Translations under genes and position numbers: made by a program
IMG/VR virus record: IMGVR_UViG_3300029171_000018
Location: 1 to 41,578 of that record
Length of the DNA stretch: 41,578 bases
Source: a virus
Lineage: Duplodnaviria; Caudoviricetes
Reading direction: 5' to 3' (one strand)
The notes under the pieces: generated by a model
Told to the model about the DNA's origin: nothing
Databases searched by the model: none
Seen by the model: only the letters and a program-made list of their open reading frames with translations
Shown: piece after piece, positions 8,710-17,803 of the stretch
How positions within the stretch are numbered: position 1 is the first letter of the stretch
Layout of the letters: each line of letters begins with the position of its first letter

Positions 8710-10785
8710 ATGGATATTAAGGGTTATGACAAACTTGATCCAGATTATGAGGATCCGGCAATAGACGCCAAGGTGAATTCCTATATTTCTTCTTTACCTA
8801 AAGAAGATTCCGATATTGAAGATCGAGTAAATCAGTACGTTTCTCAATCTGGGATCATTCCAGATTTCTCTCAAGCAGGCTACGGTGGCAGTGCAGAAGA
8901 AATCCCTACGAGTGCGGGCCCTTACAAGGCGTTAGGGATGGGGCTACTTCGTGGAGCTACTGCGAATCTTGCGGATCCTGTTGTAGCCAGCTGGTCCTCA
9001 CTCGTTGCGGCTCCATTTGTTGATAGAAGTATCCCTGGTATTTACCGAGATATTAGGAAAAAACAAAAAGCAGAACAGGCTCAATTAGAAGAAGAGTATC
9101 CAGGGCCATCCATGGTCGGAGAATTGGGAGGCATAGTTTTGCCAGGAGGCGCAGTAAGTGGCATCAATAAAGTTATCGGCAAAGGACTTCGGGGCATAGC
9201 CCCTGGATTCAAAGCATTATCAGAAATTGGTGGGGGATTGGCTCCCGAAGTTACAGCTTCCAAATTCTGGCCACGCATAGCAGCGAAGCTTACAACTGAT
9301 GTCCCTGCTCAAGCGCTTGAAGGTGGTCTTACTAACCTTGCTTATCAAGGGATAGATCCTGAGCAAGAGATGACCCCTGGTGGATTTGGATTAGGTGCAG
9401 CGATTGGTGGGGTGTCTGTTCTCCCTCAAACAGTGGCGTCAGAAGCTTTTCAATTCTTTAGACCAACAGCCAATAGAATTAGGAATTTTTTAGAAGAAAC
9501 TCCTTGGATAGGAAAAACTTCCAAGGCAAACCGGCTTGAAGATGAAGCGGGTATAATGAAAAAATTCGAAGAGGACCAAGCTTATAAGCAGCAGCGCCAT
9601 GACTTAGAGAATCAAGGTATCATGAATAAGTTTGAACAGGAGGAGGCGGCAAGGAGAGCTGCTTATGATGCCAATGTTGCGGCTCAGAAGACGGCTTATG
9701 AGGAGTCTGAAGCCGCAAGGGAAGCAGCGTACGATACTGCCAAAGTTGAAAGCAAGGGACTGCTTGGAGATATTAAAGTTGATCCTGAAATAGCTGGGGA
9801 AGCTTTGGAAGAGAGCGGGAAAAAAGCGAATCTTGCTCTGAGCAAAGAATATAGGGACACAGTTGGCCCTGTCCTAAAACAATTCGGGAAGGAGAAGATT
9901 TCTGCTAAAGGGCTTAGGGCTGAACTCCATGATTTCTTCAAAGAGAAAGATTTTTTTGATCCTAAAGGGAATATTTCTTTCAAGAAGATTAAAGCCATTC
10001 AAGCTCCAGAGATGCGTGGACTTTATGAGAATCTCGCTAAGTTCTATAAAAGAATTTTCAAGAATCCTACTCTTAATGAATTGAAATCCATTGAAGACGA
10101 GTTGGCTAGTTTTGCAAATTTCGATTCTACTACACGATCTGCTGAGCAGAAGATTTACGGCAAGATGCACTACGCTGCTAAGGATGAGATCTTTAATGGA
10201 TTGGATGAAGTTGGTGGGCCAGAGGCCGTTGAAACTGTCGGCATGATGAGAGCTAAGTATCGTGAGGCTAGACCTCTGCTTGATAAGCTTAACCAATTCA
10301 CGTCAAAAGGCCCTACTCCAATGAGTCGGACAACTAGGACTGGACTCGTCCCTGAGTTGTTCAAAGGGCTCATGAAAGTCAATCCTGATCTTCAAGAGCC
10401 TTTAGCGATGATGGTGTTGAATGATCTCGTTACCAGAGGGCAGACTCCGAAAGCTTTATCAAAAGCTATTGATGATTATGGCCGAGATAATCTTCAGATG
10501 CTTCTTGGGCCAGAGAAATTCAAAGACCTGACCAAGGCTGAAGAAGTCTTCACAGCAGCTCATCAACCGTTAGGGAGGACCAAGGCTCCTGTGCCTGAGA
10601 AGTTCCAGAGAGGTGAGAAACCGCTCCTCCCTTCGTACGTGAGAGAAGCGGCCCCAGAGTTCCCTCCAGGACCATTCTATCAAGGGTTAGAAAAGTTTAT
10701 TAATTACATCAAGAATCGTGACTTGATTAAGCATGGCGGTCAATACCTGGCTCCAATGATTGGTAGCCAACAAGATAACTTTTAG
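8710..10785 (+). CDS. Large putative ejection protein
   Basis: 691 aa, Cys-free, Gly/Ala-rich hydrophobic N-half and helical C-half; last of the ejection cluster. Confidence 0.55.
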   Translation: MDIKGYDKLDPDYEDPAIDAKVNSYISSLPKEDSDIEDRVNQYVSQSGIIPDFSQAGYGGSAEEIPTSAGPYKALGMGLLRGATANLADPVVASWSSLVAAPFVDRSIPGIYRDIRKKQKAEQAQLEEEYPGPSMVGELGGIVLPGGAVSGINKVIGKGLRGIAPGFKALSEIGGGLAPEVTASKFWPRIAAKLTTDVPAQALEGGLTNLAYQGIDPEQEMTPGGFGLGAAIGGVSVLPQTVASEAFQFFRPTANRIRNFLEETPWIGKTSKANRLEDEAGIMKKFEEDQAYKQQRHDLENQGIMNKFEQEEAARRAAYDANVAAQKTAYEESEAAREAAYDTAKVESKGLLGDIKVDPEIAGEALEESGKKANLALSKEYRDTVGPVLKQFGKEKISAKGLRAELHDFFKEKDFFDPKGNISFKKIKAIQAPEMRGLYENLAKFYKRIFKNPTLNELKSIEDELASFANFDSTTRSAEQKIYGKMHYAAKDEIFNGLDEVGGPEAVETVGMMRAKYREARPLLDKLNQFTSKGPTPMSRTTRTGLVPELFKGLMKVNPDLQEPLAMMVLNDLVTRGQTPKALSKAIDDYGRDNLQMLLGPEKFKDLTKAEEVFTAAHQPLGRTKAPVPEKFQRGEKPLLPSYVREAAPEFPPGPFYQGLEKFINYIKNRDLIKHGGQYLAPMIGSQQDNF

Positions 10786-10813
10786 TTACAATATTTTCTA
10801 AGGAGACATCACT

Positions 10814-11128
10814 ATGGCACTCACAGTCAACATCCCAACAGTAGGGCAGAACCCGATCGTGACTTCTATCGGCGCTCGGTACCGATCAGTCGCCTTCGTG
10901 TCCTTAGACTCTTCTTACCCTACTGGCGGTTACACCTTAACTCCAGGCTCGTTCGGGTTAGTCAGTATTGAGCAAGCAAACGCTACGGCGAACCTCGGTG
11001 GGTTCTTCTACGATTACGACACCACCACTGGGAAACTAGTTGTTTACAGCGCGATCGGAACTGAAGTTGTTGCCGCAACTGACCTTTCAGCCGTCGACAA
11101 TCTTCAGCTAGTCGTTATTGGTCAATAA
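10814..11128 (+). CDS. Small virion beta-protein (decoration-like)
   Basis: DSSYPTGG...YD..TGKLVVY..TEV..ATDLS pattern; AAGGAG RBS. Confidence 0.5.
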   Translation: MALTVNIPTVGQNPIVTSIGARYRSVAFVSLDSSYPTGGYTLTPGSFGLVSIEQANATANLGGFFYDYDTTTGKLVVYSAIGTEVVAATDLSAVDNLQLVVIGQ

Positions 11129-11141
11129 CAAGGGAGGGTCT

Positions 11142-11330
11142 ATGGGCTCTTTATTCAAGAGTATCTTCTCCAGTAAGAAGTTCTGGTATGCAGTGAGCGG
11201 GTCTGCGCTCGCTGGCGGCTTACGGCATATAGGTGTCTCGGAAGAGATCGTTAACTCAGTGGTGGCCCTGGCTGGGACTCTGATCCTTGGTCAAGGGGTC
11301 GCGGATCTGGGTAAGCATCGAAAGCCATAA
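11142..11330 (+). CDS. Holin-like small membrane protein
   Basis: SKKFW..., two hydrophobic segments, ILGQGVADLGK ending; GGAGG RBS. Confidence 0.6.
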   Translation: MGSLFKSIFSSKKFWYAVSGSALAGGLRHIGVSEEIVNSVVALAGTLILGQGVADLGKHRKP

Positions 11331-12540
11331 GCTTGCCACAAGGATCGATCTCGGTGATCTTCCCCCATTGATGGATCACCCCTGGCAGGCCGTTGCCTAA
11401 ACAGTGCTTCTCAAGGCGCGCCTCGATCTCTCTATTCAGGTACTTCATCCCTTCAATCTCTAAGGTCTTGATGGCCTGCAAGTTCGTGGAGAAGAACTGC
11501 TTGGCTGCTGAGTAGCGCTGGGACGTCATGTCGTTCTTGGCGAAGTAGAACAGGTTGTGGTTGGACGGCACGTAGGTGAAGTCGATAGAGTCGCGGTAGT
11601 TCTTGAACAGTCCAATGAGGTTGTCGCGGCTTACGACCAAGTGAGCCATCAGCTTATCAATCCGCCAAGTTCCTTCGGGGATTCGCTGGAACATCTCGTC
11701 TCCGTCCTGAACCTTCTTCCTGATAGTCACTTCCTGAACATGCGTTTGTCCTGTCTTCAACGCTCCTGACAAGGCCATGAACTCCAAGTCTCTTCTAACC
11801 CTTTGCTCATGACTCATGGTCTTGAAGCTGATGTATTCCGGAGTGATCGCCTGGTCCGGCGCTTCCAAGAAGCAGCGCATGATCTCTTCCACCCTTTCGA
11901 AGGTTGGGATGTCGTAGTCCTTGTCGTAGACTAGGATCACGCTCTTGGCTTCATGGAACGTTAAGATCTCGTAGATCGACTTGAACCCATAGGCGATAAC
12001 AGTCGTCCCCACTTGAACGGGAGTGACGTAGTTCATGAGGTGGATGGGGAGGATCTTTGAGGATGACTTGGTTGAGAATGGGATGTCCAGCATGGTCAGG
12101 TTGTCGTTAACGTGGAAGTAATGATGAAGATCTCTGGCGCAGATCACGACTGGTTTCCACGATTCAATCGCGGCAGAGTAGTTCATGGCTTGGACTATCT
12201 TGAAGTCTCCGAAGTAGAACTGGTCTTTGATGACGAAGTCTTTGGGTTGAAGGGGGAAGAACGGGTTCTTGGTGAAGACGAGCCGGGACGCTTCTTTATC
12301 GAATCCAACGGTGGGATGAGTATGGTTCCCGACGATCACCTTACCTGCCGAAGCGGAGTGCCCGAACGTTATCCCTGGGATAGCGAAGTCTTCCAGCCGC
12401 CAATACCTGCTGTTGACGTTCACAGTCCAATGACCGTCTTCAGTGACCAGGAACATCTTGGCCATCTCCAGGTCTTGGGTGAACACAACGACTCTAGGGT
12501 GGAGGTTGAGTCTCTTGGTTATTTCTTTAATCAGTATCAT
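11251..12540 (-). CDS. Hypothetical protein, possibly a degenerate RecQ-like helicase
   Basis: 429-aa ORF coupled to the primase gene; weak collinear resemblance to RecQ but no Walker A or DEAH. Confidence 0.5.
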   Translation of the reverse strand: MILIKEITKRLNLHPRVVVFTQDLEMAKMFLVTEDGHWTVNVNSRYWRLEDFAIPGITFGHSASAGKVIVGNHTHPTVGFDKEASRLVFTKNPFFPLQPKDFVIKDQFYFGDFKIVQAMNYSAAIESWKPVVICARDLHHYFHVNDNLTMLDIPFSTKSSSKILPIHLMNYVTPVQVGTTVIAYGFKSIYEILTFHEAKSVILVYDKDYDIPTFERVEEIMRCFLEAPDQAITPEYISFKTMSHEQRVRRDLEFMALSGALKTGQTHVQEVTIRKKVQDGDEMFQRIPEGTWRIDKLMAHLVVSRDNLIGLFKNYRDSIDFTYVPSNHNLFYFAKNDMTSQRYSAAKQFFSTNLQAIKTLEIEGMKYLNREIEARLEKHCLGNGLPGVIHQWGKITEIDPCGKLMAFDAYPDPRPLDQGSESQPGPPLS

Positions 12541-15118
12541 TGGCTTCGTATGAAGTTTGAGTGTTGTCAGCGATCATCTCTTTCAATGGTTTCGGCAGGA
12601 TCGGATGGGTTGAGTCGAGGATGATGCAGTTCACCCTAACGTTCTCGCCCACTTCCTTCATGAGCCGCTTGGCGTTGTTGCTCACGAAGTACGGCTGGCT
12701 CTTCAAGTAGTCCTTCAGTGTGTTCTCATTGAACACGTCCTTGATCCCACCACGCTGTTGCTTGAACTTGGCCCACTCGTTGTAGAGCCCTTGGAAGTAG
12801 ATAGCAACTTGCTTATCGTTGATGTTCTCTTTGGCGACGTACTTGTAAACCTTCTCTCCACACAGCCGCATGGCGTTGATGTCCGAGAAGAACCGATGAA
12901 CGGCAGAGTCGTAATCGACTTGCGCCACAGTTTCTTTGAACGATTCATAGAACGGCGCCATGTATTGCTCGACCATGTCCGGTGGCGCCATGATGCCAAG
13001 GGCTGACATGAGCATGGCGTAATGCTGTTGGGTGCGGAAATCAGAAATGATCTTCTCAGCGCCCCTCATCCCTTCTGCCGTGGCCTTCATGTCAGCCAAG
13101 AACTTCTGGGAGTTCTTGGTGTAGTTCTTGATCAGGTCATAAGCAATGAACGACAGCTTGTCACGGTTATCGTAGATCCAGCGGACCGCGTTGTACGACT
13201 CCATCGATTGTTTATGCGGCGTGAGGTAGATCGGGATGCAGCGAGACGCGAGCGCTGGGTCGGTTGGTTTCTCTTCACCGATCAACACGAACGTCCCTTT
13301 AGGTTCCACCTCTCTTGTTCCGAACGTCCCACGGATCCCCTTGGCTGCGACTTGCCGGTTGTAGATAGAGCGAAGGATCGACTGCTTCTCGTCGATCTTC
13401 CGCTCCCCGCTCCGGAACTCGTCGAAGCGGCAAGGCAGGGAGTGGTAGTAGGCAAGCGTTCTGTTCACGCCCACTGCTGTTGTGTCATGAAGGTTCATGG
13501 AAGCGTGGTTTGGGGGGAAGCCTAATGGGAACATGAGCGCATCGGAAAGAGTCGACTTCCCAGCCTTCTTCTCTCCATAGAGTAGTAGGAACGGGAACAT
13601 CTGGAAGTTGTCGAACACCACGTTTGAATAGAGTGTCGCCCCGGCGTAAGCCAGCACCTTGATGCCGTTGATCCCGTAAGCCAGATAATACTTCTCGAAG
13701 ACTTCTGCCTTGTCGATTGGTTTGGTATTGAGAACTGGTAGCGGGCCGGTGTTGAGCTTCGAGATCCGGAACCCATGGTCAGGGGAGCGGAACGTGAGCC
13801 CGTCGGGCTCCACCGGCACTTCAAGCCCGTCGTCCTGGATGATCAGGTTGCCGAAGATCCACTGCTGGTTCTCCTCATCCCTTCCGATCATCTCCCTCAC
13901 TTGGATAGGCACGATATCAGTCTCTAAGAACATGTGTTCTCCAATCAACGAGAACTGGTTCTCGGAGCCCTTCCACATGAAGTCGCCCCGGCCAAGGCAG
14001 GCCTTCTTGAAGTCGCGGTAACTGGCGATCTCGGAAGCGTTAAGGTGGAAGGAGCGGGAGCGGTCGCCGAACTTGGACACTAGCTCCACCTCTCTTACCA
14101 GCCCCGCAGACGTGTTGAGCACGCTCTTAACATTGATGACGAAGTTGGAGACTTCTTTGGGTTCATAGATGATCTCTTGCCCCTTCTTGCGAGCAGTCTG
14201 GACGTAGTAGCAGTTGTTCATCTCATAGACGATGTTGTCATCGAGCGCGGCCTTCACCTTCCTGTTCACCCATGGCCTGTGCTGCTCATGAACATCCATG
14301 AAGTCTAAGTACGCCATTGGTGACACGGCGGCCTTAAGGACGAGTTCGAAGTCCTCCCGCTTCTTCCCCATAGCCATACAACCATCGATGTCCGCCTTCC
14401 CATCGATCATCCACGATTTAGGCAGCGTAGCGATCTGAACAGTCTTGTCTTTTGGGAAGAGCGCCTCCAGCCTTCTGGCTAGGATGTACGCGAACACATG
14501 CTGCGCATAGCGCCGTCGGAAGTCCTTCTTGTAGTTAGTGAACTCGGGGTTGTCCTGGATCTCGGTGTCGAACAGGATGATCAAGTTCTTGATCGACTCA
14601 GCCTTGACCACTTCTTGCAGCTTGGAGATGTTGTGCCCGGTGAAGCTCGCAACGCCTCCAAGGCCCAGAGCCTTGAACCCCATGGCGTACAGGGCCGCCG
14701 CCTTGAACTCAGACTCGCACAGGATGACCGTGTCGGACTCAATGGAGTCGAACACCTTGTCGCAGTACGGCATCACGCCTGACTCACGCAGCGCGCCGTA
14801 CTTATGGGAGCGTAGGAAGTAGCAGTCATCCTGCATGTTCAAGTATGGGATGATGATCATGTCCTCATTGGACACTTGCCATACGGCCTTCCCTTCCTTA
14901 TCGATCAAGCCGCATAGCCACATGTCGCCATGGTTGTATAAAGACTTGAGATCTTCGATCACGTCCTTGCAATAAGCCCCTCCGGAGCGGAACCTAAGCT
15001 TGGTGATCACCTCTGTGGGGAACCCCCGCTTGGTTTGCAGTTCGGTAAGATGTCGCTCAGAAAGCTGGATGTGTGAGATGAAGTCGGAATAGATGTCAGG
15101 CTTTGGCAGGAAAGCCAT
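12527..15118 (-). CDS. Toprim primase fused to P-loop NTPase/helicase
   Basis: ILCESEFKAAAL, ALGLGGV, IILFDTE and KADIDG (Toprim); LYGEKKAGKST Walker A and FDEFR Walker B. Confidence 0.85.
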   Translation of the reverse strand: MAFLPKPDIYSDFISHIQLSERHLTELQTKRGFPTEVITKLRFRSGGAYCKDVIEDLKSLYNHGDMWLCGLIDKEGKAVWQVSNEDMIIIPYLNMQDDCYFLRSHKYGALRESGVMPYCDKVFDSIESDTVILCESEFKAAALYAMGFKALGLGGVASFTGHNISKLQEVVKAESIKNLIILFDTEIQDNPEFTNYKKDFRRRYAQHVFAYILARRLEALFPKDKTVQIATLPKSWMIDGKADIDGCMAMGKKREDFELVLKAAVSPMAYLDFMDVHEQHRPWVNRKVKAALDDNIVYEMNNCYYVQTARKKGQEIIYEPKEVSNFVINVKSVLNTSAGLVREVELVSKFGDRSRSFHLNASEIASYRDFKKACLGRGDFMWKGSENQFSLIGEHMFLETDIVPIQVREMIGRDEENQQWIFGNLIIQDDGLEVPVEPDGLTFRSPDHGFRISKLNTGPLPVLNTKPIDKAEVFEKYYLAYGINGIKVLAYAGATLYSNVVFDNFQMFPFLLLYGEKKAGKSTLSDALMFPLGFPPNHASMNLHDTTAVGVNRTLAYYHSLPCRFDEFRSGERKIDEKQSILRSIYNRQVAAKGIRGTFGTREVEPKGTFVLIGEEKPTDPALASRCIPIYLTPHKQSMESYNAVRWIYDNRDKLSFIAYDLIKNYTKNSQKFLADMKATAEGMRGAEKIISDFRTQQHYAMLMSALGIMAPPDMVEQYMAPFYESFKETVAQVDYDSAVHRFFSDINAMRLCGEKVYKYVAKENINDKQVAIYFQGLYNEWAKFKQQRGGIKDVFNENTLKDYLKSQPYFVSNNAKRLMKEVGENVRVNCIILDSTHPILPKPLKEMIADNTQTSYEANDTD

Positions 15119-15133
15119 AAGATGTTCCCCATA

Positions 15134-15598
15134 CTAAAACGGTACAAGATCGAAAGTTCCCCCTAGTATCGACTGAGCCATCCTCAATTTCAAGGCCCAC
15201 TCAAGAGAGAACTCCCAGAACTCTGGGCACACTGGAATATGTTCGGAGAGAACTTGAAGAATATCATGGATCCAAAACTTTCTCTTCGTGTCTGGAAGTT
15301 TTAAGTAAGCATCATCGTTGCCACAAAAGTAAAGCACTTCTTGTTCGACCGTAACCTTGATCAAGTACGGCCCTTTCCAGACTGCCCGCAAAGCGCAGCC
15401 CAGTATGATCTTGCTGTTATCTTCGACCCACTTGCCGTTTCTAAGGATGAAGAACTCTGCCTTCCCTGTTGGAGGAGGAGCAGCAACAGAAGGGAGTCTT
15501 CTTGTCACTGCAACCTCCCTGGCCAACTTGGGATCCCTTCCAGGAACTTGGTCTGGGAGGGCGCTTATGAGGTTCTTTGTCCAATCAGTTCCTGACAT
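15134..15598 (-). CDS. Hypothetical protein
   Basis: 154-aa ORF in the replication operon. Confidence 0.6.
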   Translation of the reverse strand: MSGTDWTKNLISALPDQVPGRDPKLAREVAVTRRLPSVAAPPPTGKAEFFILRNGKWVEDNSKIILGCALRAVWKGPYLIKVTVEQEVLYFCGNDDAYLKLPDTKRKFWIHDILQVLSEHIPVCPEFWEFSLEWALKLRMAQSILGGTFDLVPF

Positions 15599-15839
15599 GA
15601 CCTTTGAAGTTCTCCTTCAACACTTCAAGCAGTGTGAGTGTGTTCTCCGTCCCAACGTACCGCTGTGAGTCTAAGAGTACCTGCATCATGCACGAGGTGT
15701 AGATCTTCAATCGATCAACCGCGGTGATGTCTTCGGATGCAAGGAGTTGATCCCTCACGGTGCAGAACCGCGTCATGAACTTGTCGGATACGGCTTCGAA
15801 CTTCTCAACGTAAGCAGGGTCGATGACTTCTTCTTCCAT
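15585..15839 (-). CDS. Hypothetical protein
   Basis: 84 aa, GAGGTG RBS, operon packing. Confidence 0.6.
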   Translation of the reverse strand: MEEEVIDPAYVEKFEAVSDKFMTRFCTVRDQLLASEDITAVDRLKIYTSCMMQVLLDSQRYVGTENTLTLLEVLKENFKGHVRN

Positions 15840-15841
15840 GG

Positions 15842-16576
15842 CTACACCTCGTCGTGGACGACTTCGTTATTGGCGGCTTGGCCTTCATCCCCAACAACCC
15901 TCACTTTGGAAGTGCTGAGGATGTTGTACCAACGGGTGGCTTCTGCCAGCTCGGATTGGTTGAGTGCCTGCCCGACGGATGTCTTCATAATATAGAAGGC
16001 GCCCTTGTCGTTCTTGTCCTTCACTGAGGCAAGCTTGTAAGAACGGTTGAAGATGTTGCCGCCGGCCAAGTACGCCATTGAGGCCAGCTTCTTGCCTTCC
16101 TTGTAGGATGTCTTCATGAAGGAGATGACGAGCGGGCGTTGCTCCTTCCCTTCAATGGTCCCCTTAGTCACGCTCATGAACTCCTTGGACGATGCGCACT
16201 TGGGCGGTGTGCCGTCTTCGTGGAACTTGCCATGGTACTCACCGAACGGGCATTGCTCGCAGAGGTCGCCGTTGACCGACACGCGGCCATCGACGGACCT
16301 GCACTTGAGCCCTTCACCAGTCTCGAAGTAGACAGCCCCGTTCTTCATGCCCAGGAGAACAACCTCCACTTCTTCTCCGAGCAGTTCGGAAGAAAGCGAG
16401 TCCTGGAACTCCCCGGCTTTCCCGGTGCCTTCGGACACGGACTCGGACAAGGCTTGCAGTAAGCGCAGCCTGGGAACGATCAGCTCGGACACGTCGAAGT
16501 TGTCGAAGCCAAGGCGGGGGGTTGATGGGGTGGTGATTGCTGTGTTGTGTTCTTGTTTTGATAGTGCTTTTGTCAT
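15842..16576 (-). CDS. Putative ssDNA-binding/recombination-associated protein
   Basis: IVPRLRLLQALS, CEQCPF..PPKC, NDKG.FY and an acidic tail; lies between helicase and primase. Confidence 0.55.
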   Translation of the reverse strand: MTKALSKQEHNTAITTPSTPRLGFDNFDVSELIVPRLRLLQALSESVSEGTGKAGEFQDSLSSELLGEEVEVVLLGMKNGAVYFETGEGLKCRSVDGRVSVNGDLCEQCPFGEYHGKFHEDGTPPKCASSKEFMSVTKGTIEGKEQRPLVISFMKTSYKEGKKLASMAYLAGGNIFNRSYKLASVKDKNDKGAFYIMKTSVGQALNQSELAEATRWYNILSTSKVRVVGDEGQAANNEVVHDEV

Positions 16577-16593
16577 CTTGTTGTTTCCTTTTA

Positions 16594-16902
16594 TTATTTG
16601 CGTTGAACGTTGAGAAACATTTCAATAATTGCGTTTCTTAGGCATGTGTTTTCGGATTGAAGTTTGCGTAACATATCTTCAAGCGCATCTATTCTGGCGA
16701 AGTAGCTTTGTTCCAATTCCGACAATCCACCATTTTTTTCATTTACAGCTTTCTTCTTCAGCTTGCTCCTCCATTGATAGAAGGTAGAGTGACTGATATC
16801 ATTCTTACTGCATATCTCCGAAACCGGCACGCCTTCATCAGCCAGCTTTAAAAATTGCATGATTTGCTCTTTCTTATAGTGCGTATATCGCTTGCGTTTC
16901 AT
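16594..16902 (-). CDS. IS3-family OrfA-like helix-turn-helix protein without OrfB
   Basis: EQI..LKLADEGVPVSEICSKNDISHSTFYQWRSK plus coiled coil LQSENTCL (HTH_Tnp_1 pattern). Confidence 0.75.
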   Translation of the reverse strand: MKRKRYTHYKKEQIMQFLKLADEGVPVSEICSKNDISHSTFYQWRSKLKKKAVNEKNGGLSELEQSYFARIDALEDMLRKLQSENTCLRNAIIEMFLNVQRK

Positions 16903-17162
16903 TTTATTATCTCCTTGTTTATTTTTTCTAGTTCTTCTTCGATAAATTTTTCTTCTAGTTTGAAAGTCTTGATAAATTCTCTAAGCCTCAAGACCTCTTG
17001 GGATAATTTAATCATAAGGAAAGTAACCGATAAGTCTACATCAGTGTCGTCATCCCATTCCTTCTTTGAATAATAATGGTGAATACAGATCTCAAAATTT
17101 TTAATTTCCTCTTTGATTATTTTGTTTAGAAAGTCGTTGGTAAGATTTATGTTAAAGTTCAT
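16899..17162 (-). CDS. Hypothetical protein (AT-rich)
   Basis: ATGA-coupled ORF. Confidence 0.55.
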   Translation of the reverse strand: MNFNINLTNDFLNKIIKEEIKNFEICIHHYYSKKEWDDDTDVDLSVTFLMIKLSQEVLRLREFIKTFKLEEKFIEEELEKINKEIIK

Positions 17163-17362
17163 ATCTCGATCTCGATTGTTTCTTTTTTTATTCTTAGATT
17201 ATCAAAATACTTTTTTATTTTTTCCATTATTGCAGAAATCGCCAAATCTTTGGTTGAAGCTGTCACACAGATGCAATCAAAGACATCTCCATCAACTCTC
17301 CAAGTGGCTCGATAAGGGTAAAGATCTTCCCCTGAATAATCTATTTCGACATTGTACTTCAT
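17159..17362 (-). CDS. Hypothetical protein (AT-rich)
   Basis: ATGA-coupled ORF with GGAGG upstream. Confidence 0.55.
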   Translation of the reverse strand: MKYNVEIDYSGEDLYPYRATWRVDGDVFDCICVTASTKDLAISAIMEKIKKYFDNLRIKKETIEIEI

Positions 17363-17727
17363 TCCCCACCTCCATTCGACCGACGACCAATCTTGGTTTC
17401 GTAGGTTGCTGTGACGCCAGGTATCTCGCCCTTCTCTTTCACGAGAGAGGCAAGCCTCTTGGCGTGAACTGATGTTTGGATAATGTCTTCATAGCCGTTC
17501 ATCCTCATCCACCCGAACGCCATGTCGGGATTCTCGATCTTGGCGTAGGTCACCACTCGGAAGAAGAGTGTGCCGTTCTCGTCCTTAACCTGACGAACTC
17601 CACTGTTCTCCATCCAGTGGATGAGTTGATTCTCAGTATGTTCTATGGACTCTTTGATCTTCTCTAGGCTGGCGTTGAGCTTATCTCTCTCTCGATAGAG
17701 AGCAAAGAGCTTGTCGGATAGTTCCAT
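17359..17727 (-). CDS. Coiled-coil phage protein of the replication/recombination module
   Basis: N-terminal coiled coil, then WMR.NG...I..SVH..L..LVKE..IPGV pattern; GGAG RBS. Confidence 0.55.
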   Translation of the reverse strand: MELSDKLFALYRERDKLNASLEKIKESIEHTENQLIHWMENSGVRQVKDENGTLFFRVVTYAKIENPDMAFGWMRMNGYEDIIQTSVHAKRLASLVKEKGEIPGVTATYETKIGRRSNGGGE

Positions 17728-17768
17728 TGAAGACTCCCTTCATTGGTTAATTGTTGATTGTTACCGCT

Positions 17769-17797
17769 CTTGTACTCTTAATTGAAATAGATGTCAA
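17769..17797 (-). promoter_or_regulatory. Sigma70-like promoter
   Basis: TTGACA-17 nt-TACAAG in the intergenic gap upstream of 17727. Confidence 0.55.
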
Positions 17798-17803
17798 GGG
17801 GAT

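Noticed and set aside
16594-16902. Active IS3 element
   Set aside because: No OrfB/DDE domain, no open -1 frame, no terminal inverted repeats seen
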